Of a stretch of DNA of 64,000 nt, positions 10,770 through 21,953 are shown one piece after another. The position numbers and the translations under genes were made by a program. The notes under the pieces were generated by a model that was given only the letters and a program-made list of their open reading frames with translations, was not told the DNA's origin and did not search any database. The stretch comes from Cladosporium halotolerans (Eukaryota). Each line of letters begins with the position of its first letter. The first letter of the stretch is position 1. The stretch is taken from positions 310,001-374,000 of the forward strand of contig NW_027191474.1 of NCBI RefSeq assembly GCF_011745625.1, read 5' to 3'.

Positions 10770-11996
10770 CAGGATGATAATCTCCCAAGTTATGAATCCG
10801 ACGCCAGCTTGCTGCCGACTGGTGAGAATTACAAAGTCGTGGAAGTGGCAAAATGGCCGTCCAGCGTGTGCAGCCGTGCTTTAGTGCTCACATCCCACAA
10901 ATTTACATTACTGTCATATGAAGCCAACGCGAGCTTGCTGCCGCCTGGCGAAACCTGTGTAGCAGTGACCTCGGCCAAATGGCCTTCCAGTATGAATGGC
11001 AGCGTGTCCAACGAAGATGATTGCTTGACATAGTCGACAAGTGTCATCTTACTGCCCAAGTCGCTAATAAAAGTTTCAGAAGGGGCAAAGAGCGCAGCTG
11101 AAACGTACGTCTGCAGCGGTGCCTGCTCGACGCCAGATCTTGCGCACATCCAAGACCGTTTGCAATCGTGGACGAAATAAATTGTGCGTGGTCTAAAATT
11201 CTTCACCCTGCAAGAGCGGTAAGCCTCGACTCCTCAAAGCATCGCCACCGTGAGTTAGATGCCTTAGCCCAGTAATCGACTCCAGCGAAAAACAGCCTCA
11301 ATGGCATCCGAAGTCTTTCCCATCCAACACGGAGGACGTAGTGTAAATTGCGTCCAGGTGCCTTTCTGGCTCGCTACAAGTGCTGGCGCTACGATCGAGC
11401 AGGGGTTGTAGTCTTTTCTCGGCGAATCTCTTACCGTCTTGGATGAACTTGCAAGCGGTAGCAGCCCAGATGAACAGTCTTTGAGCGTATTGTACCATAT
11501 TCGTCAGTATCCGCTCTTCCCGCCAGTAGCTTTCCAGGCGGGGTTCTATAGCAATTGTCGAAAGGTAGCGTTGCAGATATACCTATGTGTCTCTGTCGCT
11601 CACTTCGGTGGGCATGCGATGTAGCACGAAGCCCTGGTGTGCAGCGATATCCATCTTGTCAAAATCGTGTCAAATTGGAGTTTCTGGCCTGCTTGTGACC
11701 AGGATTTGCACTTGTGTGTTCTTACAGCCACCTTTTTGTGGCAGCAAGGGTAACAATATCCCGATACTGCGCTCCTCTTCGCATTCGTCCAAAGTATCAA
11801 CCACGACCAGAAATGTTCTGCTGTCGCCTCTCTCGTTATACCTCGACAGTGGCTGGATGACCAGCTGGGTCCATTGGTCTTGAAGTGTCTGCTCTGCACC
11901 ACCGCTCGTCGCCACCGTGGCTTGCAGCTCATCTAGGTTATTTTGAAACACTCGTGCGCCTGATTCTGAGAACAAAATCTGTCTCCATCTGGACAC
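10770..11996 (-). pseudogene. NACHT-WD40 (HET-E/NWD-type NLR) relic
   Basis: Walker-B region LVVVDTLDECEE, VTSRPE, LFIWAATAC, APLQTYVSAALFAP and WD40 repeats; broken by in-frame stops (e.g. 11670-11672), frameshifts and deletions; no Walker A seen. Confidence 0.85.
10794..11005 (-). repeat. Two degenerate WD40-encoding repeats with 126-bp (42-codon) period
   Basis: gaatccgacgccagcttgctgccg at 10794 vs gaagccaacgcgagcttgctgccg at 10920; reverse strand reads LEGH/LDGH...SP.GSKLA. Confidence 0.75.
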
Positions 11997-12122
11997 TACG
12001 ACAGTACCCGAATGTGCGATATATGGTGCAAATCCCCAAAGTCTCTTGCATCATCTTTGTCTAGAAGAAATTGTCAATATCAAAACTACCCAATTATGAA
12101 CCAGCAGAGCTTACTCGAGGCT

Positions 12123-12497
12123 ATGGCGGAACTTGCTTCGGTCGCATCTGTGACAGGGGTAGCTACCCCTGCCTTCCAGGGTATCAAGAGCGTCTACGAC
12201 TTCATCAAGGCAATGAAGGAGGCGCCCGGTGGCGTGAAAAGTATCTCATCAGAGCCGAAAGAGTTGCACGGCATCATCAAGTGCATCCCGACACAATACG
12301 ATGCTGTTCTCATCGTGCGTACGATTTCCCAAGAGATGGGTCTAGAGAAGGTGATTGCGGCCTGTGACAAATCCTGCTTTGACCTTGGCAAAAAGCTCAA
12401 GCAGTGGATGCCGACTCCTGAAGATCCCTCCATGCTCGATCGGGCGTCCGGGAGATATCGATGGATGATGTTTGCCGTCTCCAGCTTCGCCTTCTGA
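12123..12497 (+). pseudogene. Truncated fungal STAND N-terminal (HeLo-like/SesA-type) domain fragment
   Basis: MAELASVASVTGVAT...IKSVYDFIKAMKEAP...ELHGII...C...C..L...L pattern typical of N-terminal domains of fungal NLRs; stops early, with no nucleotide-binding domain downstream. Confidence 0.55.
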
Positions 12498-12549
12498 CCG
12501 GTCGTGAGCTGGTAAGCCGGCTTCTTCTCCCATGCCTGACTCCTCTACT

Positions 12550-13514
12550 GATACCTTAAGAGCGAAACCCATACCTGGGCATATTTCTTCAATGTGCTGG
12601 CTTGATGCTTATTCTCGAACGGCGTATCGTTATCTTCCGCACCAGTCTGCTTCCTATTGACGTAGTGGAGTGGGGCTCTGGGGATCGTGTACGGGCTTCT
12701 AACATCCATGGCTCTTTTGATCACGCTCCCGGTTGCCCTACACGCTGCCTCGATGGCGTTCTCCTCTTCGTCGACTACCTGGCGGCCCTCTTCGTCGGCA
12801 TCTTGCTGCGCTACTACCTTTGAGCTCGCTCTGAGCCTTCTTTCTCAAAGCCGCTTAGATGTGACGCCCAGCCTGTGTGGTCCAGCCATGGGTCCATCGC
12901 AGACCTGACGTCGCTGACACCTACTTCTCTTTAGCGGTGAAGTTCGTTCAGCTTGCTCTTCAATTCATCCGTAGCTCCGTCCGCCAGTTTTTGAGCCCTC
13001 GTGTCAGCCTCGAAGTCGTGATGGCTGCTTTTCACATGCGGCACCTACTGTAGCACCTTGAAGAATTGGGTCCACTGGGCATGTTTGAAAAGCCTCTGAT
13101 AGTAGTGCTCCTCTTGAGCCGGCTGATTTCTAGCGACCTGACTCCTGAAGCTTCATCGTCCTCCTCTAGTCTTCGTGCTGCTCCAATCGTGTTCTTTCCT
13201 GCATTTTGCCTCGATCCCTTTTTGCATCCGCACTCTTTACACTCAAAGCATTGCTCTATGACTGGGCCGAGCTCCCGTACCGCATCTTGTGCTACGTCGG
13301 GGTGAGTGACGTCTTCCGACCTATACGCGACATGATCGAGACTGCCCACCTGCTCGACGATGGCTTTCCTCGTACTCATACTCACCGTAAGCATTTGGTG
13401 ATTTTGGTTGAGAGGCGCTGTTATCTGGCCGGGAACAACCGCAAACTTGCAATCTCTGCAAACTATGATCCGGAAATTTGGGAGGTGCAAGAAAAGTTCT
13501 TCAAGAACGATCAT
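12550..13514 (-). pseudogene. Degenerate DUF3505/OrsD-type gene (family often attached to RecQ-helicase or mobile-element ORFs)
   Basis: LFLHLPNFRIIVCRDCKFAVVPGQI N-terminus, FECKECG, and a downstream fragment LHYVNRKQTG..NDTPF...TLKKYAQVWVSLLRY; frameshifted and truncated. Confidence 0.6.
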
Positions 13515-14092
13515 CTTGATATGCTATCATTGTCGCTGAAGTGCATATATTCTATCTTGTGCGTTCACATGTCAATGCATTTCTCCAAGCGAATCTAACT
13601 CAATGTGTAGGAACATCGTTGTTCCTCCGTAACCATAAGGACAAATTGGAAACCAATCTTGATTTTCCAATCCTACTGATATGCCGCGCTATAAGAGCAA
13701 TACAGAAAACCCCGCCATTCGCCTATCTATACTCGCGTGACTTTCTTTATGTCCATGAACGGTAATGTTGCCGCAGCTTTCTCATCCTCAGCTGTGGCGA
13801 GATGGAAAATAAACATCGCCTTGCTCTTCTTGTGCAGCTGTAGCCTGTCTTCTTTGTGCACCAATGGGCATTCTGTTGAAGCCAAAAATTGAGCCAAGTG
13901 CGACGGGTTATGAAGAAAACTGAAGCATGACAATCCTGCGGAAGAATCCTCAGGGTAAAGTCGTATAATCAATTCTTTCGCCCGTGTTTTTTGCTTCCTC
14001 TATGGATTCGTCTGTTCTATCCCAACAGCCTAGCGACAATGAAAAACCTCGTCTTTGCAAAGCAAAAGTGTCACCCAGGGCGCTACTATGAT

Positions 14093-15791
14093 TCATCTGC
14101 TGTCCTTACCAGCGGATCCAGCTTGATATGCCTTGCGGTGCTTGTTGCCTTCTTCTAGCTGCAAGTCATCCGCATTACTCTCCTGTTGCTGGACAGCTTC
14201 CTCCATCTTTCTAGACAACCCAGTATCTTTGACGATTGTTGTAAGAGCCAAGCTAATGGCTATCAACACGAAACTCCATATGAATACTGCTCTGCTTGCA
14301 GACGCATATGCTTGGGAGATCTGTTTGCGCTGCTGAGGGTTGAATGAAGTCAGATCTGGAGCCGCAAAGCTATCAGCTGCGAGGTACTGTAGCTCCTGCG
14401 GCAAAGAGTGTCTAAGCGTGTTCGCTAGCAAAGCGCCAGATACAGCTAGGGAGACAGAAGCGCCCAGACTTCGCAAAGTATTGCGATTGGACGTGACAAC
14501 GGCTCGTTCTTCTTTCGGACAATGGGCTTGGAGCGCGACAAGAGTCGGCTGGAAGATACTGCCGGTGCCACAACCGGTCAGGACCAGGAAGAATGCCACG
14601 AGGCCGAGATTGGTGTTCTCATCGCACATTATCATCAGACCAGATCCCACAGACCATATACCAAAGCCCCACCAGACGACCTCGATGTACCGGTTGAACT
14701 TGCTCATGTAAAGGCCAGCCACAACTGATGCAGCAGACTGCGGTATGACGAGAGACAAGAATACCACAGCCGACATCAAGGGTGATAGACCTTTGACATT
14801 TTGAAAGTAAAGCGGAAGATAGTAGAGGTAGGCGAAATACGAGGCACCAAAGAGGAAACTTTGCGCGAGCATGGCTGCGACAGATGGGCGCTGGAACATA
14901 TGCAAAGGCATCATTGGTAAGGTAGCCCTCCATTCCACGAATAGAAAGAGTAGGCCGAAAGCTCCACCGATAGTAAGCATCGCAATAACAAGTGGTGAGT
15001 CCCAGGGTGTTCCAGGATGTCCGCCTTGCGAAATGGCGATTAGGACCAGAATGATGAAAACTGTTCCAGTGCAGAGACCTAAGAAGTCGATTTTCCGGAT
15101 TGTTTCCCAGAGATTGACTTTCGGCATGTTTGAAGGAAGGTAGATGTAACTAGCCAGTACGACAGCCATTGTGAAAGGAGACAGAAGATAGAAGAGTCCC
15201 CTCCATGTCAGCTTGATGGCAAAAGCGGATGCAATGAGTGGGCCTAGAATAGTCATTAGCGATACTGCCGTTGACTGCCGTGTAAAATATCGCGTATTTA
15301 CCGAGTGCATTGCCCATCCCTACCATGACACCCAGGATACCTTGGTATTTACCGCGTTCTTGTAGCGTGACGATATCGCTCACAATCATCATTGACAAAC
15401 TTGTGATGCCACCGTTCGCGACACCAGCAAGGCCACGGAAGACATAAAGCATTGTCGAATTAACACTCAGTCCACAAGCAAGATCACAGAGTGCTAGTAA
15501 CACTAGGGCAGAAAGCATGATCTTTTTGCGTCCAAAAAGGTCACTCAAGCGACCGTAGAGGACTTGAAAGACCGTGTTGGCGATGAGGGCGCTGGTACCC
15601 GCCCAAGTGATACTCGCCTGTGCATTCAGATCTCTAGCAATGGATGGTAAGAGGACTCCTATGCCGTTCTGCTCTGCTGCGCAAATGAATAGGGAGAGCG
15701 CAATGATGCTGAAGACGACCAGGAGTTCTTTCTTCGGTAGTAGCTGAGTCTGGTCGTGCAAGGCCTTCTCAGCCTCATTCTGTCGAGGCAT
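14093..15791 (-). CDS. MFS drug:H+ antiporter (DHA2, 14-TM type); intron ~15244-15301
   Basis: YGRLSDLFGRK motif A, FRGLAGVANGG, ERGKYQG, IDFLG; two overlapping ORFs joined by a GT-AG intron. Confidence 0.9.
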
Positions 15792-16582
15792 CTCGCGCGG
15801 AAACAGTGATGGTCAATTGTCTTCGGTGAGAGTCTGATGAGTTGCTCTTGGTTCAGGTTAAATGCTTTGGCCTGCAAGCATTAGACAGCAATGAGTCGAC
15901 ATTGTGAGTCAGGAAATCGCACTTCGACAGACCGAGAGTTCATCCAAACTAGACCAATGCCAGCTCTAGCAGCGAAATGTAGATCGCACAGTCATCTCGA
16001 GCCACTCGGCTAGCAAAGTCGACCGCAAAGGCATGCGGTGTCCCTAAACCTCACGGGCCATGAAGACGCAGATCTTCGGAAGCCTCGTCCGATCTCGTTT
16101 TCTCGGAGCTGTACCGAATTTTCGGAGGTAGACCGACGATGACATTGGATACGCTTACGGCAGCCTGAATCGAACACTCGGACAAACGGAAACCCCGGAA
16201 GTTCAAGGGTGAGCTAAACTTTGAAGAGTAATACTCTTACAGTGAGGTGAGGTTTGAACCTCTATGCACGTAACTCGGGTCACGTGACCGTTGAAGCCGC
16301 GTTAGGTTGGCGCTTGGCAGCTGCGTGCAAATAACCAGCGAGGCGTAAGTAACCCGTCCGCAAAGTAGCGATTAGTCTTATGCTGTGAGTAGTGATTACT
16401 CAGCAGTGTCCTATACGTTGCGAGATTCATTTTTGTGTTTGTCCGAGTGTTCGATTCAGGCTGCCGTAAGGTGGAGCGACGTCAGTGGCAGCCTTGCGAA
16501 TTCAGGCACAATTCTTTGACATGCTGCAGCTCGTGTTTGTGGAAAGCACGGCGTCTGGGACGACCAATACCATATTCCAAAG

Positions 16583-16960
16583 ATGCATCGCGCCTCATCC
16601 GAGCAAGAATTTCCAGAAGTACATGGCTTGTCGGTAACACCATTGACCCAGTGCGCACACTGGCACTCCCCTCTGGACATCATCGCCATCAAACATCCCT
16701 GCTGCGGCCGCTTCTACGCTTGCATCAGCTGTCACGACGCGTTGGAAAAGCACACTTCAGCTCAATGGCCTATCGCACAGCGCGACCAGTATGCCGTGAC
16801 CTGCGGCAGATGTAAGCATCTGCTCAGTATTCACGAGTACCTGGAGAGCGGGAGTCGGTGCATCAACTGCGGCGCGGACTTTAACCCGGGCTGTAAACGC
16901 CATTGGGACCTGTATTTCGAGATGGACGAGGTGGCTCAGAAGGGTTCAAAGAATGGCTGA
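16583..16960 (+). CDS. HOT13: CHY zinc finger protein, Hot13-like
   Basis: QCAHWHSPLDIIAIKHPCCGRFYACISCHD...CGRC...C.NC...FNPGCKRHWDLYF. Confidence 0.8.
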   Translation: MHRASSEQEFPEVHGLSVTPLTQCAHWHSPLDIIAIKHPCCGRFYACISCHDALEKHTSAQWPIAQRDQYAVTCGRCKHLLSIHEYLESGSRCINCGADFNPGCKRHWDLYFEMDEVAQKGSKNG

Positions 16961-17040
16961 TGTCGAATCTATAAGGCACTTCTCTGCCCGGCTGCCAATC
17001 CCAACAAGACTGGAGGCTCCCGAATTGATCTAAATGCCCG

Positions 17041-18705
17041 CTACTTCTCATCGCCGAAGAACACAAGGACAGCCTCGCTTCCTCTCACCTGGACGATGCC
17101 ATCCTTGCCCACGTGCTCGATCTCGACTTCGCCCTCCGCAGTGCCATTCTCGAACGATTGGCCGGCCCAAGTGGCCTTGGAAGAGTCCTTCTCATCAACG
17201 TGTGGCGCCGTCATCCTCTTCAAAGACACCTCAGATTTGCCGTGTCCCTTACGGCCTCCGTGACCGGGCAACTTGAACGAGACGGTGTAATCCTCCGTCG
17301 AATTGGCGTAGTAAGGCTGCATGTTCACCAGCGCCAGCTTCTCCAGCTCGTCGTCGACGTAGAAAGCGTACGCCGAGAAGCGCTCGCCGTCCACGCCCTC
17401 CGGAGTCTCCAGGGCGCGCACCCTCGTGTCCGGCGTGCTGAACGCCTCGGCCATGAACAGCTGCGCGACGAAGCTGGGCAGGGCGCGCGCCTTGCCGCGC
17501 TTGGAGCTGTCCACGGGGTAGACGAAGGAGTAGGTCGAGAAGCCCGGGGACCCGTCGTCGCCGGCCTCGTTGGACTGCTCGTCGCTTTGGAAGACGAGGG
17601 TCGCGCCCTGGTGCAGGTGGACGCTGCTGGCGTTGAGCGAGGCGTAGATCAGGTCCGCGTCGACGACCCAGAGCGCCTGGGCGAAGGTGTCGGTGACGTT
17701 GGGCTGGCCGGAGCAGGAGATGGAGTTGAACTCGCCGATGATCCAGGGCTTGTCGCTGTCCAGGGCGGCCTTGGCCGACGGGTAGATTTCTTCAATGGCG
17801 TAGCGGAGCAGCTCCGTGTGGTTGAGGATGTTGTTCGTCGTGGCCAGGACCTGTCTCGCGGGGTCGCAGGTCGAGAAAGGGTAGGAGTGGATGGAGTACT
17901 CGGCCACTTCCCCGGTGCTGTCGACGCCTGCGGGGATCAAGTCCGCGGGCCTGACCTTGAGGCCCGTGATATCCGTCGTAGCTGACGAAGCCCACCACCT
18001 GGCTTTGGGCAGTTCGACGTTGCCCGTGGCATCGACGGCGGTATCAATGGCTCCGGTCCAATTCTGCCACTGGGAGATGTACGCCTCCGTGCTGTTCTCC
18101 CAGCGCTCGCTCGGGTAGTTAGTCGGCTCGTTGCCAAGCTCGAAATACAGGATCTTCTCCCCTTGATACTCTGCGGACGCCACCGCCATACCCTGCGCGA
18201 TCTCCAAGCTGTCGTTGCCGAAGTTCAGCGTGGAGACGAACTGCGTGCCCTCGGGGAAGTTGTCCCAGCTCTCGTAGTACGCGGGTCCCACGGTGGTGCG
18301 GTACACGCCGCCTGCCTCGTTCGTTGTCCGCACGGGGTCGCCGGCGGTCTCGTCGAATATCTTGAAGAACGTCAGTAGACAATTGAAATGCTCGGACAGG
18401 TCTCAGCTCACCATTGAATCCATCGTGATGCCACCCGGGCGGATGATCGGCCGGCCGCCATGTTTGACGATCAGGTCGATGAGGTCGAAAGTCAGCTGGT
18501 TTGGCTTGGTTGCGTTGCCAAAGAACTCGACCCAGAACGCGGGCTCGAACGAGAACGACGCGAACGAGTTCTTGTGAGGTATCGATGCGTTCTCTGCATT
18601 TTTAGGAATAGAGAGGTCGTGACAGTCTGGCTTGGGCTTGGGGTGGGCTTGCACCGTCGAGGCGAGGAAGAGCCCGGTGCCGATGAGATATTCGCTGCTA
18701 CGCAT
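17041..18705 (-). CDS. Secreted glycoside hydrolase family 79 (beta-glucuronidase-like); intron ~18361-18411
   Basis: Signal peptide MRSSEYLIGTGLFLASTVQA, SFSFEP, IRPGG, ELGNEP (acid/base), IGEFNSISCSG (nucleophile), DTFAQALW, KATWAGQSF. Confidence 0.88.
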
Positions 18706-19581
18706 TGTCGTAAATACTCTGATGATGGGCGAAGAAGCTGGTATTGATCTCACGAAAGCACGCTATAAATCTGCGCAGCAACCCGACGACTTTATAGACT
18801 CCATCTTCAACAGCTCAACTACAGCAGCTCGCGTGAATGAATCCCGAATCAAACCATCCTCCGGAACAATTGAGGGGTTCTAATTTTGCCAATACGAAGC
18901 ATAAGGCGATTGCATGAGGAAGCGTGAACGTCGATCTTTGGATTGGAAAGGCAAAATGCGCGGGGTTGCATGTGGAGCCGAGCGATCTCGGGTCGCGCAC
19001 CGTATCGGTATTGTAGCGTTCGACCCGGGAAGAAAGAGGAGATGTGTGATGGCATGCGTTAGACAGCTCTAAAAGCATAAGAGATGTGAATGAGCGTTCA
19101 ATGTAGTCGAAGAAAGCATTCAATTGGAAGTAGTGGAAAGCCATTTTCCTGTTGTTGCCGGCATGCCGGAGACACATGCGACGCAACGTCATTGCCGTAC
19201 CAACGTCACACTTTTGCTACGGGTATGCGTTGTGTCGTGTGTGTGCTCAGGGCAAATAGGTCTCCCCAAGCAGCGAATTTTGATATGCCTGTCAATGCAT
19301 TAGTACCGAAAGTCCCACGAATGTGGCCAGATGTGTAGTAATCATCTTTGATAGACCTGTCAGCTTCGTGGCGCTGACGTATCGCTCCCTTCGTCACCGT
19401 CCTATTCGCGGTTGATATGGTGTGACTTAATGCTGTGGATCTGCGAACGGCTTCACCCCGTAGATGTACAGATACGTGCTGTTCACACATAGATTCATGC
19501 GCAGCGTGACCGTTTCCCTCGCGCTCGCCTACAAACCATAGTATCGAACTCGACATCATCTGTTGTCCAAAGTAAAAAATC

Positions 19582-20517
19582 ATGGTGGTTGGAGATTTCC
19601 CTCTAGACGGCAAAATCGCCGTAGTCACCGGCGGCGGCTCAGGTGTGTACAAGATTGCTCTCACTCATTCGAATCACCGCTGACAGATGCGAGGTATAAA
19701 CCTGGCTTTCGTGAGACTGGCCCTTGCTTCGAACGCCAGAGTGCTCATAGCAGACCTGAAGCTGCTCCCGGAGGCGCAAGACCTCCTCCGCGACCCGGAT
19801 ACGGCTGGCAGGGTAGCGTACACCAAATGCGACGTTGCCAAATGGGATGAGCTGGAGCGCATCCCGTCGGAGGTCGAAACGGCGTTTGGCAAAGGCGAGG
19901 TCGCAGACGTGTGGATCGCTGGCGCCGGCGTCTTCGAGCCGAACGTCAGCTCCTTCTTCCACGACAACGAAGACGACCACTATCAGGCGATGCGCGTCAA
20001 CGCCGAGCACCCCATCAAGCTCACCAGGATAGCGATGCGGTCGTGCCTCGGCGTCAACAAGCCCGGGGTGGTGTTGATCGTGTCGTCTGGAGCGGGCGTC
20101 AAGGGCTTCTACGGCTCGCCGCTGTACTGTGCGACGAAGCACGCCGTGGTCGGCTTCACCAAGTCCATGGCGCAGGCGGACAAAGACGAGGACATCAAAG
20201 TGGTGTGTGTCTGTCCCGGGATCGTGGCGACGCCCCTCTGGACTGGGCCGGACGCGGGGGAGGTGGCAAAGCAGTACTCGTACGACGCGGAGATGTCCAT
20301 CAGCGCAGAAGAGGTGGCGGAGGCGATGAAGGACATGGTGGAGCAGGGCAAGTTCGAGGGCGGGTCGCTGGTCGCGATCTCGAAGACGGGGCGGAGCGTG
20401 CTGGAGAGCGACAGGGCGAGGGTGGGGCAGGGCGCGGACGCGCAAGCGTGGGAGGAGCGCTGCTTCTCGTCGGCGAGGCAGCTGCTGACCAAGGAGAGGG
20501 GCGCCGCGCTGCAGTAG
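19582..20517 (+). CDS. Short-chain dehydrogenase/reductase (15-hydroxyprostaglandin-dehydrogenase-like); one intron after TGGGS
   Basis: KIAVVTGGGS|GINLAF, AGAGVFEP and YCATKHAVVGF (YxxxK). Confidence 0.9.
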
Positions 20518-20810
20518 AGAGTGGTGTAGAGGGTGGCGAGGCTGTGTGTGGTGTTGGGCCCTTTGTTAATTGAATGTCATTGTTCACTAAATCATTAACA
20601 GCGAAAGTGAAGCCCATCAACCAAAGCCATCAAATGCATCAATCAAATGCGCGGAGCCAGCGCGTGCGTGCGCATCCCTGCAATCCCCGACGACTGGCTC
20701 CTGCAGGCTGCGGGCGTGCTGCAGCTCCCCGCTGAAGAGCCGCCGTGGCCAGAAGCAATTGTTGTCGAGTCGCCGTCCGTGTCCAACCCCCCCACCGCCG
20801 CTCCCTTGCC

Positions 20811-21176
20811 ATGTCCTTCACTCACTCCACCCTCACCACCGCCCTGCGCTCCGCCCGCGTCACCATCAATCCCATTCACCTCCGCCGCCTCACCACCTCG
20901 CGCCCCTTGTCGCAGGACCCGGCGAAGACTACAAAAGTCTCCAGCAACCACCGCGCCCCACCCGTCCCTCGCTCCCGCGCGACCAACAGTCAGCTCCCGG
21001 TCTTCCCACTCGTTGCCATCTTCCTCATCGGCAGCGGTTGCTTCTACTACATCGTCAAGACCCGCGACGGCCAAGGCAGACCCGGCGGCCACCAACCCAT
21101 CCCCGACCACGCGCCCTCGTCCAAAGAGCAGTGGCCTAGAAACACCGCCAGCGACCAGACCCTCTCTCGCCGCTAA
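20811..21176 (+). CDS. Small ORF (121 aa) with a mitochondrial-presequence-like N-terminus and one TM helix; possibly an alternative first exon of URA6
   Basis: R/S/T-rich, acid-free N-terminus (MSFTHSTLTTALRSARVTINPIHLRRLTTSRPLS); TM FPLVAIFLIGSGCFYYIV; in frame with URA6, stop 18 nt before its ATG. Confidence 0.6.
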   Translation: MSFTHSTLTTALRSARVTINPIHLRRLTTSRPLSQDPAKTTKVSSNHRAPPVPRSRATNSQLPVFPLVAIFLIGSGCFYYIVKTRDGQGRPGGHQPIPDHAPSSKEQWPRNTASDQTLSRR

Positions 21177-21194
21177 ACAACACAAGACTGCACA

Positions 21195-21878
21195 ATGTCT
21201 GGTCCTACCGTGAACCTGGACAATCCCGCCCTCGTGGCTCCCAAGCGTCTGAAGCCGCTGTTCGCCCCGGGCACCGACAAGGACCAGGCCCTCGTCATCT
21301 TCGTCCTCGGCGGCCCCGGTGCCGGCAAGGGCACCCAGTGCGCCAACCTCGTCCGCGACTACGGATTCAAGCACCTGTCCGCCGGCGACCTCCTGCGCGA
21401 GGAGCAGCAGCGCCCCGGCAGCGAGTTCGGCGAGATGATCAAGACGTACATCAAGGAGGGCAAGATCGTGCCCATGGAGGTTACGATCCAGCTGCTGGAG
21501 AACGCGATGAAGGCCACGATCGAGGAGAACGGCAACCGCAAGTTCCTCATCGACGGCTTCCCCCGCAAGATGGACCAAGCGATCAAGTTCGAGGAGGTCG
21601 TCGTGCCAAGCAAGTTCACGCTCTTCTTCGACTGCCCCGAGGAGACCATGCGCGCGAGGCTGCTGAACAGGGGCCTGACGAGCGGCAGGAGCGACGACAA
21701 CGAGGAGAGCATCAAGAAGAGGTTCGTCACGTTCGTCGAGACCAGCATGCCCGTCGTGAACATGTTCAACAACGAGGGCCGCGTGATCAAGGTCGACGCG
21801 ACCAAGACCCCAGAGGAGGTCTACGAGGTCGTCGTCAAGGAGTTTGCCTCGAAGGGCCTCGAGTTCATGCAGAAGTAG
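21195..21878 (+). CDS. URA6: UMP-CMP (uridylate) kinase
   Basis: VIFVLGGPGAGKGTQC, HLSAGDLLR, FLIDGFPR, GRSDDNEESIKKRF. Confidence 0.96.
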   Translation: MSGPTVNLDNPALVAPKRLKPLFAPGTDKDQALVIFVLGGPGAGKGTQCANLVRDYGFKHLSAGDLLREEQQRPGSEFGEMIKTYIKEGKIVPMEVTIQLLENAMKATIEENGNRKFLIDGFPRKMDQAIKFEEVVVPSKFTLFFDCPEETMRARLLNRGLTSGRSDDNEESIKKRFVTFVETSMPVVNMFNNEGRVIKVDATKTPEEVYEVVVKEFASKGLEFMQK

Positions 21879-21953
21879 AGCGAGTTTGTTTCTTAATTTG
21901 ATTTGCCCGCGACATAGCGCATAAAATATAAACTGGTCCAGACTAAACCCCAC

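Noticed and set aside
10770..13514. Possible Starship or other giant element, given the NLR relic and DUF-type gene
   Set aside because: No DUF3435 tyrosine-recombinase captain or terminal repeats visible; flanking genes are ordinary
16225..16300. GGTTCAAACC (reverse strand), an AAGAGTAATACTCTT inverted repeat and a GTCACGTGAC palindrome suggesting a tRNA or SINE
   Set aside because: The T-stem and acceptor stem do not pair as a cloverleaf; no A-box/D-arm found; isolated palindromes are not sufficient
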